DNA of 64,000 bases from Polyangiaceae bacterium (GTDB taxonomy: Bacteria; Myxococcota_A; Polyangia; Polyangiales; Houyiibacteriaceae): assembly GCA_027009115.1 (NCBI GenBank), contig JALVDI010000386.1:6700-70699 (forward strand), in the 5' to 3' direction. Positions 48,518 to 58,764 of this stretch are shown here, piece by piece (the first letter of the stretch is position 1; each line of letters begins with the position of its first letter). The translations under genes were made by a program, and so were the position numbers. The notes under the pieces were generated by a model, which did no database searches, was not told the origin of the DNA, and was given only the letters and a program-made list of their open reading frames with translations.

Positions 48518-49537
48518 CTACTGCTGCTCAAGGGTGATGAGGAGGGTCGCGTCGAGGAAGATTTCCACGTGCCCCGAGGGGTGGTTGTCGCCGGGCCACT
48601 TGGTGTCACGGAAGGCGCGGACCCAGATCATGCGGCTGGGAAGAAGCGGGCTCACGGTGGTCGGGTCAATCTCAGCCTGGACGTGGTGGTCGGTCTTCGC
48701 GCCCTCGCCGGTGGAGCGGTTGACGATGGTCTGGGCCCCCGAGGTGGTGCTGGGTGCGCCTTCGTCCCCGGGGTCGTTCCAGCGGCTGACGACGCCCTTC
48801 GGGCTCGCGTTGCCGTCCACGTTCCACCAGGCCTGCGCCTTGTAGCGGAAGTCGCCCTGGTTGGACTGCGCGATGTACTTGTACCGCAGCATGAGCGGCA
48901 CGGCGTGCACCACCTTGAGGCCGTACATCATGGTCTGCAGTTGCCAGCGGTCGCTGACGCCGCTGTCGAACATGATGGCCGCCGCGCGCAGCTGCACGCT
49001 CAGGGGCTCCATGCGCCAGAGGTTCTTCCCGTTGCTGGTGCCGATCTTGGTCAGGATGATGTGGGTGCCGTTCCAGGACTTGAGCCAGCGCGAGCCCACG
49101 GCCGCGTCGGCGGGGGGATCGCTGGTGTAGACCGTGATCGCCAGGGTGGCCTGCTCGAGGGCGTCCAGCCTGGCGTCGGCGTTGACGGCCTCGAGGGTGG
49201 ACACGCGGGAACCCAGGGTGATGATGGACTGCTCCACGGTCCCCAGGCGGGCGTCGGCGTTGACGGCCTCGAGCGCGTCCAGGCGCGGCCCGGCGCCGAT
49301 GCTTTCGAGGGCGTCGAGGCGAGAGCCGGCGTTCACCGCCTCGAGCGCGCTCACGCGGCCGGGCAGGGCCAGCACCCCCGCCGCCTCGATGATGTCCAGG
49401 CGCTTCTTGAGCACCGCGTCGTTCGTCACCAGCTGCAGCAGCTGGGGGTTGATCGTCGAGGGGTGCACGGGGTCGGTCGTCTGGATCTCGTAGAGGTCCA
49501 GCGCGATGGTCCCGTTGGGGTCGCCGGTGAGTGCCAT
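48518..49537 (-). CDS. Tail fibre protein (paralog 2)
   Basis: Shared N-terminus. It carries six approximately 12-aa repeats (RVSALEAVNAGS, RLDALESIGAGP, RLDALEAVNADA, ...) and a unique C-terminal domain of about 200 aa. Confidence 0.7.
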   Translation of the reverse strand: MALTGDPNGTIALDLYEIQTTDPVHPSTINPQLLQLVTNDAVLKKRLDIIEAAGVLALPGRVSALEAVNAGSRLDALESIGAGPRLDALEAVNADARLGTVEQSIITLGSRVSTLEAVNADARLDALEQATLAITVYTSDPPADAAVGSRWLKSWNGTHIILTKIGTSNGKNLWRMEPLSVQLRAAAIMFDSGVSDRWQLQTMMYGLKVVHAVPLMLRYKYIAQSNQGDFRYKAQAWWNVDGNASPKGVVSRWNDPGDEGAPSTTSGAQTIVNRSTGEGAKTDHHVQAEIDPTTVSPLLPSRMIWVRAFRDTKWPGDNHPSGHVEIFLDATLLITLEQQ

Positions 49538-49562
49538 GACTGCACCCTAGGCGTGGGCGCGG

Positions 49563-50288
49563 TCAGGCGGAGTTGAGCACCCAGTTGCCGTTGAGGATGC
49601 GCGTACCGTCGAGCGGGATGGTGCTCGAGCCCATGACCTCGTAGTGGGGGAGGGTGCCGGCGGGGCGGAAGCGGTCCACGATGGAACGCACCACGGCGAG
49701 GTCGTAGGGGCCGCCCTCGAGCCGCACGATCAGCACCCCGAGGTAATACTTCAGGTTCTCGTACGGCCCGCCGGGGTTGAAGCGCACGCTCCCGTCCCAG
49801 GTCTGCACGCCGTCCCAGCGGCGGATGGTGTACCCGCCCTTGGTCTCCACCGTGGTCCAGTCGAAGACGGTGGCCGTGGTGCCCGGGAAGGCGCGCTCGA
49901 TGGCCTGTTCGATGGCCTCCGGGGTGGTGCGCGGCAGGCGCAGCTCGCCCAGGATGCGCTCGCGCAGGGTCTCGTCGGTCTCCCCGGGGAAGCGGGGCTC
50001 GAGCCCGTAGAGGCGCGCGTGGAAGTCCAGCCACTCCCACGTCGCCAGCTGCACGTCGAGCTGGCCGAGGGCGCTCAGGTCCACCCGCTGCAGGCCGGCG
50101 TCGAGCGCGTCCATGAGGTCCGCGGTGACGCCGCGCAGCGGCAGCCAGGGGGGCAGGCGCCAGACCCTCCCCGAGCTCGCGCCGCCGTCCGCCGCCCCCG
50201 TGGGGGGCTGCAGGGGCAGGGTGACGACCACATGGTCCTGTCCGGGACCCGTGAGGGGGTTGGGGTCGGGGTTGAAGGTCTGCGCCAT
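49563..50288 (-). CDS. Tail/baseplate-associated protein (P2 gpI / Mu gp48-like?)
   Basis: Position within the tail module. The segment GETDETLRERILGELRLPRTTPEAIEQAIERAF resembles the ...ETDxxLRxRI...GT... segment of that family. Confidence 0.4.
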   Translation of the reverse strand: MAQTFNPDPNPLTGPGQDHVVVTLPLQPPTGAADGGASSGRVWRLPPWLPLRGVTADLMDALDAGLQRVDLSALGQLDVQLATWEWLDFHARLYGLEPRFPGETDETLRERILGELRLPRTTPEAIEQAIERAFPGTTATVFDWTTVETKGGYTIRRWDGVQTWDGSVRFNPGGPYENLKYYLGVLIVRLEGGPYDLAVVRSIVDRFRPAGTLPHYEVMGSSTIPLDGTRILNGNWVLNSA

Positions 50289-50314
50289 GTCCGTACCCTA
50301 GCGTCCGTGACCGG

Positions 50315-52555
50315 CTACATGTACTGGTAGCCGTCGGCCGGAGCGTCGCCCGAGGGTCCGTCCTCGAGGTTGCTCAGCTCCACGTGCAGGTACACCTCGT
50401 CCACGTTGGGCACCAGCGGGAACGAGAACTCGTGGATGGTCTGCGGGTTCAGGGACTCGAGCACGCTCCCGATCTGGTTCCCGTCCTTGTCGGTGACGAA
50501 GAGCAGCACCCCCTCCGGGCGGCTGAGCTCCACCTCGACGTGGGCCGTGAACGTCTGCGGGTCGTAGTTGCGGGTCACGCGGACGATGTGCCCGCCGGCG
50601 TACCCTTCCTGCAGGGCGGCGATGAAGTCGGGCTCGAGGTCGGCGTAGTAGCTCGCCTGCTTCTGGGCGCGGTCGAAGGTGAACCCGAACGGCTCGGCCA
50701 GCGGGTAGATGCGGTCGCGGTAGACGTAGATCACCCCGGACTCGTAGACGCGGGTGAAGAAGTCGCCCTCGAGCGCGCGCAGCTGCTGGGCCAGCGCGTC
50801 GAGGTACTGGGTGCGGGTGACGTAGCTGGGGTCGCGGATGGCCGGGTAGCTGGTGAGGTCGTTGAAGTAGGTGCTGTCCCCCAGGTCGTAGGTCTCCTGC
50901 AGGGCCGAGGTCACGGCGTAGGAGTAGACCGCGGTGAGGAAGCTGTCCTTGAGCGAGCTCAGGGCGGCGGCGTCGAGCTGGGGGTCGTAGCTGAACTTGA
51001 AGAGGCTCACGCCCACGTCGTAGAGCTCGCGGTAGCCGTCGGCGCGGCCGGTGTCGTAGACCGTGGTCACGGCGCCGTTGCGCTCGCCCTCGAGGTAGGT
51101 GGTGTAAGCGGCGTCGTCGAGGCCGGCCGTGTTGTCCGCGTCGTAGCTGTACGCGGGGTACTGGGCGGCGATGTAGTCGAGGAAGAAGCGCAGACCGGCG
51201 ATCTTGCCCGTGGCTTGCATCTTGTCCTTGTACGGCGCGGCCTGGTCGCGGTACTGGGTCTGGTACCCGGCGTCCCCGGGCTCGAGCGCGGGGTCCACGC
51301 TCACGCGCCAGTCATAGCCGTCCGCGAGGCCCTGGTCGTAGATCTCCTGCGCGGCTCGAGCGAAGCCGGCCTCGTAGACGTGCTTGGCGACGGCGTCCGC
51401 CTGGCCGGAGGTGGTGCTGGTCGGCCAGGCCGTCGCCCCCTCGGGGAGGCCGCCGGTGATCTCCGCGTCGTGGGCGGCCTGGTAGACCTCGCCGTAGGCG
51501 CGGTCGTACCCCGCGGCGTCGCCGTCCCCCTGGATCTGGGCGATGAAGCTCGACTTGAGCCCCGAGAGGTAGGTCCCGTCCTGGCTGGTGGTGTCGTAGG
51601 TGAACGCGGGGTAGGCGCCGTACACGTCGTGGTAAGCCCCGACGCCGCCCGCCTGGTACACCTCGTCGGCCGCCGGCACCGCAAGGTTCTTGTAGTAGTT
51701 GGGGTCGGTGTTGGCGCCGTCGTAGGGCGACGCGCCCTTGGCGACCATGGCGTCGAGGAAGCGCTTGGACGTGTCAATGCTCGAGCGGTCGGCGATGGCC
51801 TGCACCATGGCCTGACGGGTGGCGTCGGTGTCCCAGTCGGGGCCCGCCAGCACCGCGGCCGAGTCGAAGCCGTAGGGGTCGGCGAGCGGGTAGATGGCCT
51901 GCGCGAAGGCGAGACGGCCGTCCGCGACCCCGGTCTGGTAGCTGCCGCCCATCACATCGTCGGTGGGGGAGGCGTACGTGGAGAGCGCTGTGGTGGCCAC
52001 GTCGCCGTCGTAGTCGCGGGCGTACTTGGTCATGCCGGCCCGCACCACGATCCGGTAGAGGCCGTCCTGCCGGGGGAAGTCCATGGTCAGGGTCTTGGAG
52101 CCGGTGCCGTCCGCCCCGTCGCCGGCGGTGATGAGCCCGGTCTCGTTGCCGTTGGCGTCGAGGCCCTTGAGGAACATGCTGATGGACCCCGGCTTGTCCA
52201 GGACCACGGTCAGCCGGGACGTGTCGGCGTCGAGCGGGGTGACCTCGAGGCTGAGCACCGCGGGCTCGAGCGCCGCCACCAGGCCCGCCCGCAGCGAGAG
52301 GGCCTTGCGCAGCGCCACGGCGGGGTAGAGGGTGGGCTGCGTCGGCGGCGATGCGTAGAGCCACGCCAGCTTCGCCACCCCGTCGCCGGTGAGGTGGCGA
52401 AAGGCCAGGTGGAAGGTGGTGCCCGTCCCGTCGTCCATGAGGCCGGGCGTGCTGGCGTTGCGCCAGTAGCGCGCCTGCGTCCGCACGCGCGGGCTGGCGA
52501 ACGGGCGCTGCGCGAGCAGGTCGGCGTCGGTCAGGTTCTGGCTCCAGAGAGGCAT
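50315..52555 (-). CDS. Large distal tail / fibre protein (746 aa)
   Basis: Tail-module position. It has many degenerate Y-D/E-x-G-x-A-D-G-Y type repeats. Confidence 0.6.
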   Translation of the reverse strand: MPLWSQNLTDADLLAQRPFASPRVRTQARYWRNASTPGLMDDGTGTTFHLAFRHLTGDGVAKLAWLYASPPTQPTLYPAVALRKALSLRAGLVAALEPAVLSLEVTPLDADTSRLTVVLDKPGSISMFLKGLDANGNETGLITAGDGADGTGSKTLTMDFPRQDGLYRIVVRAGMTKYARDYDGDVATTALSTYASPTDDVMGGSYQTGVADGRLAFAQAIYPLADPYGFDSAAVLAGPDWDTDATRQAMVQAIADRSSIDTSKRFLDAMVAKGASPYDGANTDPNYYKNLAVPAADEVYQAGGVGAYHDVYGAYPAFTYDTTSQDGTYLSGLKSSFIAQIQGDGDAAGYDRAYGEVYQAAHDAEITGGLPEGATAWPTSTTSGQADAVAKHVYEAGFARAAQEIYDQGLADGYDWRVSVDPALEPGDAGYQTQYRDQAAPYKDKMQATGKIAGLRFFLDYIAAQYPAYSYDADNTAGLDDAAYTTYLEGERNGAVTTVYDTGRADGYRELYDVGVSLFKFSYDPQLDAAALSSLKDSFLTAVYSYAVTSALQETYDLGDSTYFNDLTSYPAIRDPSYVTRTQYLDALAQQLRALEGDFFTRVYESGVIYVYRDRIYPLAEPFGFTFDRAQKQASYYADLEPDFIAALQEGYAGGHIVRVTRNYDPQTFTAHVEVELSRPEGVLLFVTDKDGNQIGSVLESLNPQTIHEFSFPLVPNVDEVYLHVELSNLEDGPSGDAPADGYQYM

Positions 52556-52565
52556 GCGCTACTCC

Positions 52566-54707
52566 TTACGGCTCCGTGTGGAAGCAGACGCTCCAGGGGC
52601 TGTTCCCGTCGGCTCGGCTGATGAAGGTCACCAGGTCCTCCGAGCCGTCGCTGTTGGCGTAGCTGTTGCCGGCCGCCACGTCCTTCGTCGGCCGCATGAC
52701 GGTCCGCTCGAGGGGCAGGCTGAAGCGGTAGGGCCGGTCCATCCAGGCCGGGAAGCGCCCCTGCACGTCGGGCTCGAACTCGAGCGTGGGGGCGGACTTG
52801 GCGGTGGTGTACCGCTTCCGGGTGCCGCTGAACCAGCCGGGGAGCGGCGAGAGCTGCCATACCTGCCCCGCCTCCACGCTGGCGAGCGCCACGTCCACCC
52901 CGAGGGGGAGGCAGGCGCCGTAGGCCCACTTACCGTTGCTGCTGTTCTCGGTGGACTCCGTAGGCGCGACCTCGTAGAGCTGGGGGTTGGGGCTGCTGTC
53001 GCCCGGGGAGCGGGTGACCATCATCAGCCCTTCCCCGAAGGCGCTCGTGCCGCTCGTGGGGGTGTCGCCCACCTCGAACTCGAGCCACAGGCTGAGGCTC
53101 ATGTGCACCGCGGCGTTGTTGGGGGCGATGGTGAAGTCGGCGCCGGTCACGTTGAGCACGGTCGAGCCCTGGACCCAGGCGGTGTCGTCGCTCAGGTCGC
53201 GGCAGACCACCGGCCCGAGCATGCGCGCGCCGGTGCCGATGGGGCTGCGCACCGTCGGCACGCCGCGGTAGCTTTGGGTCTTCACGTTGGTGGGAGGCAC
53301 GAGCAGGTAGTAGCCGGGGGCAAGGTCCAGGTTCAGGTCCTCGGCGAGCAGCGACCCCGAGCTGCTGCTGCCGTCGCCGACCATGGGAACGTCGGCCACC
53401 TTCTGCTCGTAGACCAGGTCGCCGTTCGTGAGGCTGACCTTGTAGAGGCGGAAGGTGTAGGTGTTCGAGTAGCTGCCGTACACCAGGTCGAGCCGCGCCT
53501 GCGTGAGCTTGCGGTTCTGCCCCTCGACCTTGAAGAGCAGCCCGACGTGCTGGGGGGCGCGGGTGAGGCTCGTGACGTTGCTCGCGTCGGCCTCGAGCCA
53601 GCGCGCGCGCTCGCGGCGCTCGGGGATCGTGGTGGGCGCGGCGGGGAAGACGCTTTTGTCCACCCGGTCGGCGTGGATGTGGATGGTGCTCGAGCCCGCC
53701 TGCGCGCTGCGCAGGAAGAAACCGCGGTGGTCGCCGTTGGAGGCGAGCAGCACGCTGAGGTCGGCACCGTAGGAGTAGTGCTTGACCACCGCGTAGGTGG
53801 GCAGGTGCTCGTTGACCACGCCGATCTGCTGGAGGCCGTCGTCGCGGAAGGCGTTGAAGAGGTGGCCGAAGAGCTGGGTGGGCCGCCAGTAGCTCGTCGA
53901 GGAGGGGACGCTCGATTCGTAGTTGAGGTAGGGCGGCAGGAGCAGCACCCGCGGCCGGTAGGCGTCCTGGATGGGCAGCGGGCGCATGTAGCCGTGGGCG
54001 TAGCCCGCCCCGTCGAGGAAGCGGAACTCGAACAGCGGGCCGTCGAGGTTGGGCCCCTGCACGCCGAAGGCGTCGGGGGTCACGATGTACTCGATCTGGT
54101 CAATGCGCAGAATGACGTTCTTGGCGTAGATGAGGGCGTGCGTCGCCACTTCGGCGACACCGCTCAGGGCGTCGGGGTGGCTCCAGAGGGTGGTGTAGGA
54201 CTGGCCCACGGTGTAGCTCGAGCCCCAGGCCGGATCTTTGAGGCTGGCGGCGCGGGTGGAGCTGGTGATCTGGGAGGGATTGGTGCTGACGGCCCCCTCG
54301 ACCACGTGCATCTCGATGTCCGTGAAGGCGCCGGTGGTGGCCCCGTCGGCGCGGTAGACCGGGGTGAAGGTGATGCGGAACGCCTTGAGGCCGGGCAGGT
54401 AGAAGAGCAGCGGCCAGCGGTGCCGGCCGTCCTGCGTGGGGTAGACGTAGGCCTTGCCGGCGAGGTTGTCCACCCAGTCCACCGCGGTCACGTTGGTCAC
54501 CGAGGACGGCGCCGTCACGCTGCCGTCGGGGCGGACCGCGATGGGGCTCGCCTCGGTGTCGGTGGCCTGCTGGGCGGTGAAGCGGTAGCCGCCCTGGATG
54601 CTGACTTTACCGGTCCCCCACCCGAGGGTGTCGAAGGCGGTCTTGTACTGGTCGGCCAGCTGACCGATCGTGAAGGGGGATGCGAGGTTGGCGGAATACT
54701 TGGGCAT
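52566..54707 (-). CDS. Large distal tail protein (713 aa)
   Basis: Tail-module position. Beta-rich Ser/Thr/Gly/Tyr composition. Confidence 0.6.
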   Translation of the reverse strand: MPKYSANLASPFTIGQLADQYKTAFDTLGWGTGKVSIQGGYRFTAQQATDTEASPIAVRPDGSVTAPSSVTNVTAVDWVDNLAGKAYVYPTQDGRHRWPLLFYLPGLKAFRITFTPVYRADGATTGAFTDIEMHVVEGAVSTNPSQITSSTRAASLKDPAWGSSYTVGQSYTTLWSHPDALSGVAEVATHALIYAKNVILRIDQIEYIVTPDAFGVQGPNLDGPLFEFRFLDGAGYAHGYMRPLPIQDAYRPRVLLLPPYLNYESSVPSSTSYWRPTQLFGHLFNAFRDDGLQQIGVVNEHLPTYAVVKHYSYGADLSVLLASNGDHRGFFLRSAQAGSSTIHIHADRVDKSVFPAAPTTIPERRERARWLEADASNVTSLTRAPQHVGLLFKVEGQNRKLTQARLDLVYGSYSNTYTFRLYKVSLTNGDLVYEQKVADVPMVGDGSSSSGSLLAEDLNLDLAPGYYLLVPPTNVKTQSYRGVPTVRSPIGTGARMLGPVVCRDLSDDTAWVQGSTVLNVTGADFTIAPNNAAVHMSLSLWLEFEVGDTPTSGTSAFGEGLMMVTRSPGDSSPNPQLYEVAPTESTENSSNGKWAYGACLPLGVDVALASVEAGQVWQLSPLPGWFSGTRKRYTTAKSAPTLEFEPDVQGRFPAWMDRPYRFSLPLERTVMRPTKDVAAGNSYANSDGSEDLVTFISRADGNSPWSVCFHTEP

Positions 54708-54716
54708 GGGTCTCTC

Positions 54717-56687
54717 CTAGGGCTTGACGAGGAGCAGGTGCGCCTCGGCCTGGTTCGAGTAGATCGTCTGCCGCCAGACGAAGACGTAACGGTTGCCGTC
54801 CTCGGCGAGCCAGCTGTCGCCCAGGTTGGCCGAGAAGGCCGCGTCGCGCGCGAGGTAGACGTTGGCGAGGCGGCCGCGGTTGGAGGCTACGCTGTCCGAA
54901 CGGGCGACGTGGGTCTCGGTGAGGGCCATTCGGTCGAGCAGCCGCGTGCCCAGCGCGACCTCGTAGTAGGGCACCGCAGGCTGGCCGGCGTCGTAGGCGT
55001 TGTTCCACCCGGGCGGGGTGTGGAAGTTGGGACCCCAGGCCAGCTGGTAGGACTTCGCCAGCGGCCCGGTGGCGGCCACGACGTAGCCCACGCGGTCGTC
55101 GGGGACGAGCAGCCCCCAGCGCGCCCAGGCGCTACCGTCGTCGGCCGACGAGGGGGGGTCCAGGAAGTCCGCGATGACGACGGGGGCTTTGTACGCGCCG
55201 GCCTGGTAGAAGGCCAGCGCCAGCCCCTGCGCGTTGCCGATGGCGTCAATGAAGAGGTCCTCGTCCTGGGTCATGGCCAGCGTGATCGCGCCCAGGCTTG
55301 CATGCGGCCGCACGTACGAGGTCGAGGCGGTCGAGCTTTGGCTGTTGTCGAAGATGTCGCCGTTGGCCCCGCCGTACCACTTCAGCGCCACGGCGTCGCC
55401 GTGCTCGAAGCCGGAAGCGGCCACCGTGGTGGCGACCTTGAGCTTGAAGGAGGGGGCGCCGGCGTCCACGACGCGCCACGCCAGCGCCTTGTTGTGGCCG
55501 GCCCCGGAAGTGGCGTTGGTGTCCGCGCGAAGCAGCCCCCCGATGGGCTTGTGCCGCACCCACACTCCGTGCACCTCGAACTTGAGGTGCGACGTGTAGT
55601 TGGAGTAGCGCACCACCGAGAAATACTGCACGCCCAGCCCCGGCTCGCGCGGCTCGAGGAGGAGGAGCAGGGGGTGCTGCGCGTTCCCTGCGTACCACTC
55701 GGGAACGATGACCGCGGTTTGGTCGGAGCTGGTCGAGACGGGAGAGCTCCAGTTCCGGCGCGTGTGGTCGTAGAGGGAGACCCCCGTCCAGTCGGGGCGG
55801 GCGTCCAGCTTGAACGCCACCGCGCTTCCCGGGAGCGCCAGCGCGAGCATGGAGGCGTAGTTGTTGGTGCTGTCGATCGTCTCGTCCACAGCCACCGGGG
55901 TCGGCAGGGGGTGGTAGACCCAGAAGCGCGGGGGCTGCCAGGCGGTCGCGGTCGCGCCCTTCTCCAGCTGCGGGAAGGCGAGGCGCAGGCCCCGCTCACG
56001 CTGGGTCCCGTCCCACGATCCGCGGCCGCCCAGGTGGATGTACACGACGCCGCTCGAGCCCGTGGTGAAGGTGATGACCTTGCGCGCCCACACCCCGAGG
56101 CCCGCGGTCAGCCCGTCGGCGTCCTGGAAGAGGTCGTAGGCGGCCGTGCCGCTGCTCCCGGTGCCCGCGTCCACGTACAGGCTCCAGTCGGCGCTGCCCA
56201 GCTTCTTGTAGTAGAAGCTGAACGTGTAGGTGGTGTTGGGCTCGAGGCCAAACTCCCACCAGAGCACGTTGTCGTTGTTGTAGTTCCACAGGTCGGCCGA
56301 GCCGCCCTTGTACCAGGCGGGCGGCGCCGGCTCGCTGGGCAGGTCGGCGGTCGCCCCGTAGTTTTCTCCGATCAGGCGCACGCTGTAGGCCTTGCGCGGC
56401 GTCCAGTTCTTCGCCGCGCCCGGGGTGGGGTCGAACCCGCTGGTGCGGTCGAAGACGGTCAGGGAGAAGTTGGCGGGCCCGACCGCGAAGAAGGTGTGGT
56501 CGGGGTGGTCGAGCAGGTTGGGGCTGCCGTTGTCCAGGTCGGTGTCGCTGGGGAAGTAGGCGCTTTGCAGACCCACGCCGGCCGCGACCTCGAGCAGGCG
56601 GCTGGTGAACACCTCGGCGGGGTCGCCGTAGGTGTCGTCCGGCGACTTCTTGAAGGGAGCGGGTACGTACTTCGACGACTGGGGCAT
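54717..56687 (-). CDS. Large distal tail protein with carbohydrate-binding-module-like region (656 aa)
   Basis: It lies directly downstream of baseplate J. The segment ...WWEFGLEPNTTYTFSFYYKKLGSADWSLYVDAG... looks like a CBM/jelly-roll domain. Confidence 0.6.
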   Translation of the reverse strand: MPQSSKYVPAPFKKSPDDTYGDPAEVFTSRLLEVAAGVGLQSAYFPSDTDLDNGSPNLLDHPDHTFFAVGPANFSLTVFDRTSGFDPTPGAAKNWTPRKAYSVRLIGENYGATADLPSEPAPPAWYKGGSADLWNYNNDNVLWWEFGLEPNTTYTFSFYYKKLGSADWSLYVDAGTGSSGTAAYDLFQDADGLTAGLGVWARKVITFTTGSSGVVYIHLGGRGSWDGTQRERGLRLAFPQLEKGATATAWQPPRFWVYHPLPTPVAVDETIDSTNNYASMLALALPGSAVAFKLDARPDWTGVSLYDHTRRNWSSPVSTSSDQTAVIVPEWYAGNAQHPLLLLLEPREPGLGVQYFSVVRYSNYTSHLKFEVHGVWVRHKPIGGLLRADTNATSGAGHNKALAWRVVDAGAPSFKLKVATTVAASGFEHGDAVALKWYGGANGDIFDNSQSSTASTSYVRPHASLGAITLAMTQDEDLFIDAIGNAQGLALAFYQAGAYKAPVVIADFLDPPSSADDGSAWARWGLLVPDDRVGYVVAATGPLAKSYQLAWGPNFHTPPGWNNAYDAGQPAVPYYEVALGTRLLDRMALTETHVARSDSVASNRGRLANVYLARDAAFSANLGDSWLAEDGNRYVFVWRQTIYSNQAEAHLLLVKP

Positions 56688-56696
56688 GGCGTCTCC

Positions 56697-57758
56697 TTAG
56701 CTGGTGCTACCCTCGAGCACGCCCACCACGGCGCGCTCGCCGGGGGCGACGGGCACGTCGGCCGCGGGTTCGATGAGGGTGATCTCGCGCACGTCGGGAT
56801 GGGCCACGGTGAGGGCGGCGATGAGGTTTTCCCGGCTCAGCTTCTGCCCGATCTGCAGGTCGCGCACGTGCTGGCGGGCGGCCTCGTAGCAGGCGGCCAG
56901 GGCCTCGTCGCTGCCGTCCACCTGGAAGCGGATGTCCACGTACTTCGGTGCCGCGGCGATGACCTCGAGGGACACCCCGGCGGGGCGTCCGGCGTCGAGC
57001 GCGGTGCGCAGGTAGTCCACCATCTCGGGGGTGACGCTGGCCGAGCCGTTGTCCACGTACAGGCGCACCACCGCCGGCGGGAGGCTGGGGTCGCGGGTGA
57101 TGTCGCGCGCGAGCACCTGGGTTACGCGCTCGCCCGCGGGGCTGGTGGCCTCGAGCGCGGCGGCCTCGAGGGACTGCAGGGTACCCTTCTGCAGGCCGGT
57201 AAAGAAGCGGGCGAAGCGGGCGATCTGGTCTTCGAGGGCTTCCTCGTCACGGCCGCCTACGGCGGGCTGGGGGTTGGTCACCTGCTCCACGCCCGGGATG
57301 AGGTCCACGAGCTCGGTCACGGTGCCCGCGGGCACGTTGCCGGCGGAACCCGGCTCGACGGCGCGCGCCGGCACGTCCACAAAGGTCTCGTTCAGGGGGA
57401 TGGTGGCGTCGCTGGTCGTCTCGAAGCGAACCCCGCTGGGCGTCTGGGCCCGGGTGCCCGCGGGGATGAGGTACGGCTCGGGGGCCGCGCTCGAGCGCGA
57501 GAAACGCAGGGTGGTCACGGCGGCTACGGCGGTCTCGCGCGGCAGCCCGAAGGCGCGGAACGCGGCCTCGGGTACGGCGCGCTCGAGCTCCTGGTCGAAG
57601 CGGGCGGTAAGGTCCTCGATCTCGAACCCCACGGCCTCGAAGATGGTGCGCAGCACGTCCCCCTCGACCGCGCTCGGTTGGATCCCGGTACGGTAGAAGA
57701 ACCACCGCAGCATGTCCAGGGTGGCTTCGTCGAGTGGGGTGTACGTCGCGTTCGGCAT
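56697..57758 (-). CDS. Baseplate J-like protein (Mu gp47 / P2 gpJ family)
   Basis: EPGSAGNVPAGTVTELVDLIPGVEQVTNPQPAVGGRDEEALEDQIARF matches the family hallmark (G..GN......I....GV..V.N.....GG.D.E.D..LR.R). 353 aa. Adjacent to the gp25-like gene. Confidence 0.8.
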   Translation of the reverse strand: MPNATYTPLDEATLDMLRWFFYRTGIQPSAVEGDVLRTIFEAVGFEIEDLTARFDQELERAVPEAAFRAFGLPRETAVAAVTTLRFSRSSAAPEPYLIPAGTRAQTPSGVRFETTSDATIPLNETFVDVPARAVEPGSAGNVPAGTVTELVDLIPGVEQVTNPQPAVGGRDEEALEDQIARFARFFTGLQKGTLQSLEAAALEATSPAGERVTQVLARDITRDPSLPPAVVRLYVDNGSASVTPEMVDYLRTALDAGRPAGVSLEVIAAAPKYVDIRFQVDGSDEALAACYEAARQHVRDLQIGQKLSRENLIAALTVAHPDVREITLIEPAADVPVAPGERAVVGVLEGSTS

Positions 57759-58135
57759 TATCCCTCCACGATGATCGTCATGTTCAGGTCGTCGCCCTCG
57801 ACGGGCTCGACCGTGACGGTGATCTCAAGCGCTCCGTCGGATCGGTACTGGGCGGTGCTGGCGCGAACGGACCGCACCCGCGGATCGGCTTCCAGGGACA
57901 CCTTAGCCTCGAGGGCCGCCAGGCGCGCCCGCCACTCCTCGGCCACCTCGCCCACGTAGTCGCGCAAGCGGCTGCCGTACTGCGGGTGCGCCGGCAGCTC
58001 GCCCGGGTAGGTGATGAGGCGGCGGTACAGGGCCTTCGCCAGCTGCTGGGCGCCGCCCTCCATGGCGGGCCTCGAGCCCTCCATGATGAGGACCAGGTCC
58101 TTGCTGTCCCAGCCCAGGTCGCGCTGGGCGCTCAT
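57758..58135 (-). CDS. Baseplate wedge protein, GPW/gp25-like
   Basis: Trimmed to MSAQRDLGWDS (ATG 58135, ATGA overlap). LAKALYRRLITYPGELPAHPQYGSRLRDYVGE fits the gp25 signature. Confidence 0.65.
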   Translation of the reverse strand: MSAQRDLGWDSKDLVLIMEGSRPAMEGGAQQLAKALYRRLITYPGELPAHPQYGSRLRDYVGEVAEEWRARLAALEAKVSLEADPRVRSVRASTAQYRSDGALEITVTVEPVEGDDLNMTIIVEG

Positions 58136-58764
58136 GTTCCACCTCCGAGGCGCACCTGCTGGCGCCATGCCCACCCGAGGGTGAGCTCCACGCGGACGTT
58201 TTCGCCGGCCTCCCAGCGGAAGAGGCCGCGGAAGGCCACGTACTGCAGGAAGGGCAGCTGCACCCCCAGACCCCAGTCGAGACCGCGGGCCTCGGCGCGG
58301 ACGGCCAGGCTGAGCAGGCGGTCCACCAGGCGGTAGCTCACCCGCAGCGAGGCGTCCACGGCCACCTCATTGCGGGCGCTCGTGAGCGCGGTGATGGCTG
58401 TGGCCAGGTCGCGCGTCTCGAGGGTCAGGCCCGCCCCGGCGCCGAAGACGAGCTCGGGGGGCTGCCCGCTGCGAAGCTCCAGCGAGGCGTCGGTCATGAG
58501 CGAGGCCATGGCGCTCAGGATGCCCTGGGCCTCGGTGTTGGTCACGGAGCCCGCCGCCTGCGTGAGGAGCTGCGCGGCGGCCTCGAGCTTGACCGCCCCC
58601 GTCAGCCGCACGCGGCCGCTCCGGTCGCTACGGAGGCCCAGGGCCGCGCGTGCGCGGGTGCGGGCCTGTGCCCGGGGGACGACGGCGGCCTCCACCGCGG
58701 CGGCGGTCTCGGGGCTGGTGGACGTGGGGCAGAGACTGCACTTAGGCACCGGCCACCTCCTCAC
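58132..58764 (-). CDS. Hypothetical baseplate-module protein (210 aa)
   Basis: Operon position only. Confidence 0.5.
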   Translation of the reverse strand: MRRWPVPKCSLCPTSTSPETAAAVEAAVVPRAQARTRARAALGLRSDRSGRVRLTGAVKLEAAAQLLTQAAGSVTNTEAQGILSAMASLMTDASLELRSGQPPELVFGAGAGLTLETRDLATAITALTSARNEVAVDASLRVSYRLVDRLLSLAVRAEARGLDWGLGVQLPFLQYVAFRGLFRWEAGENVRVELTLGWAWRQQVRLGGGT

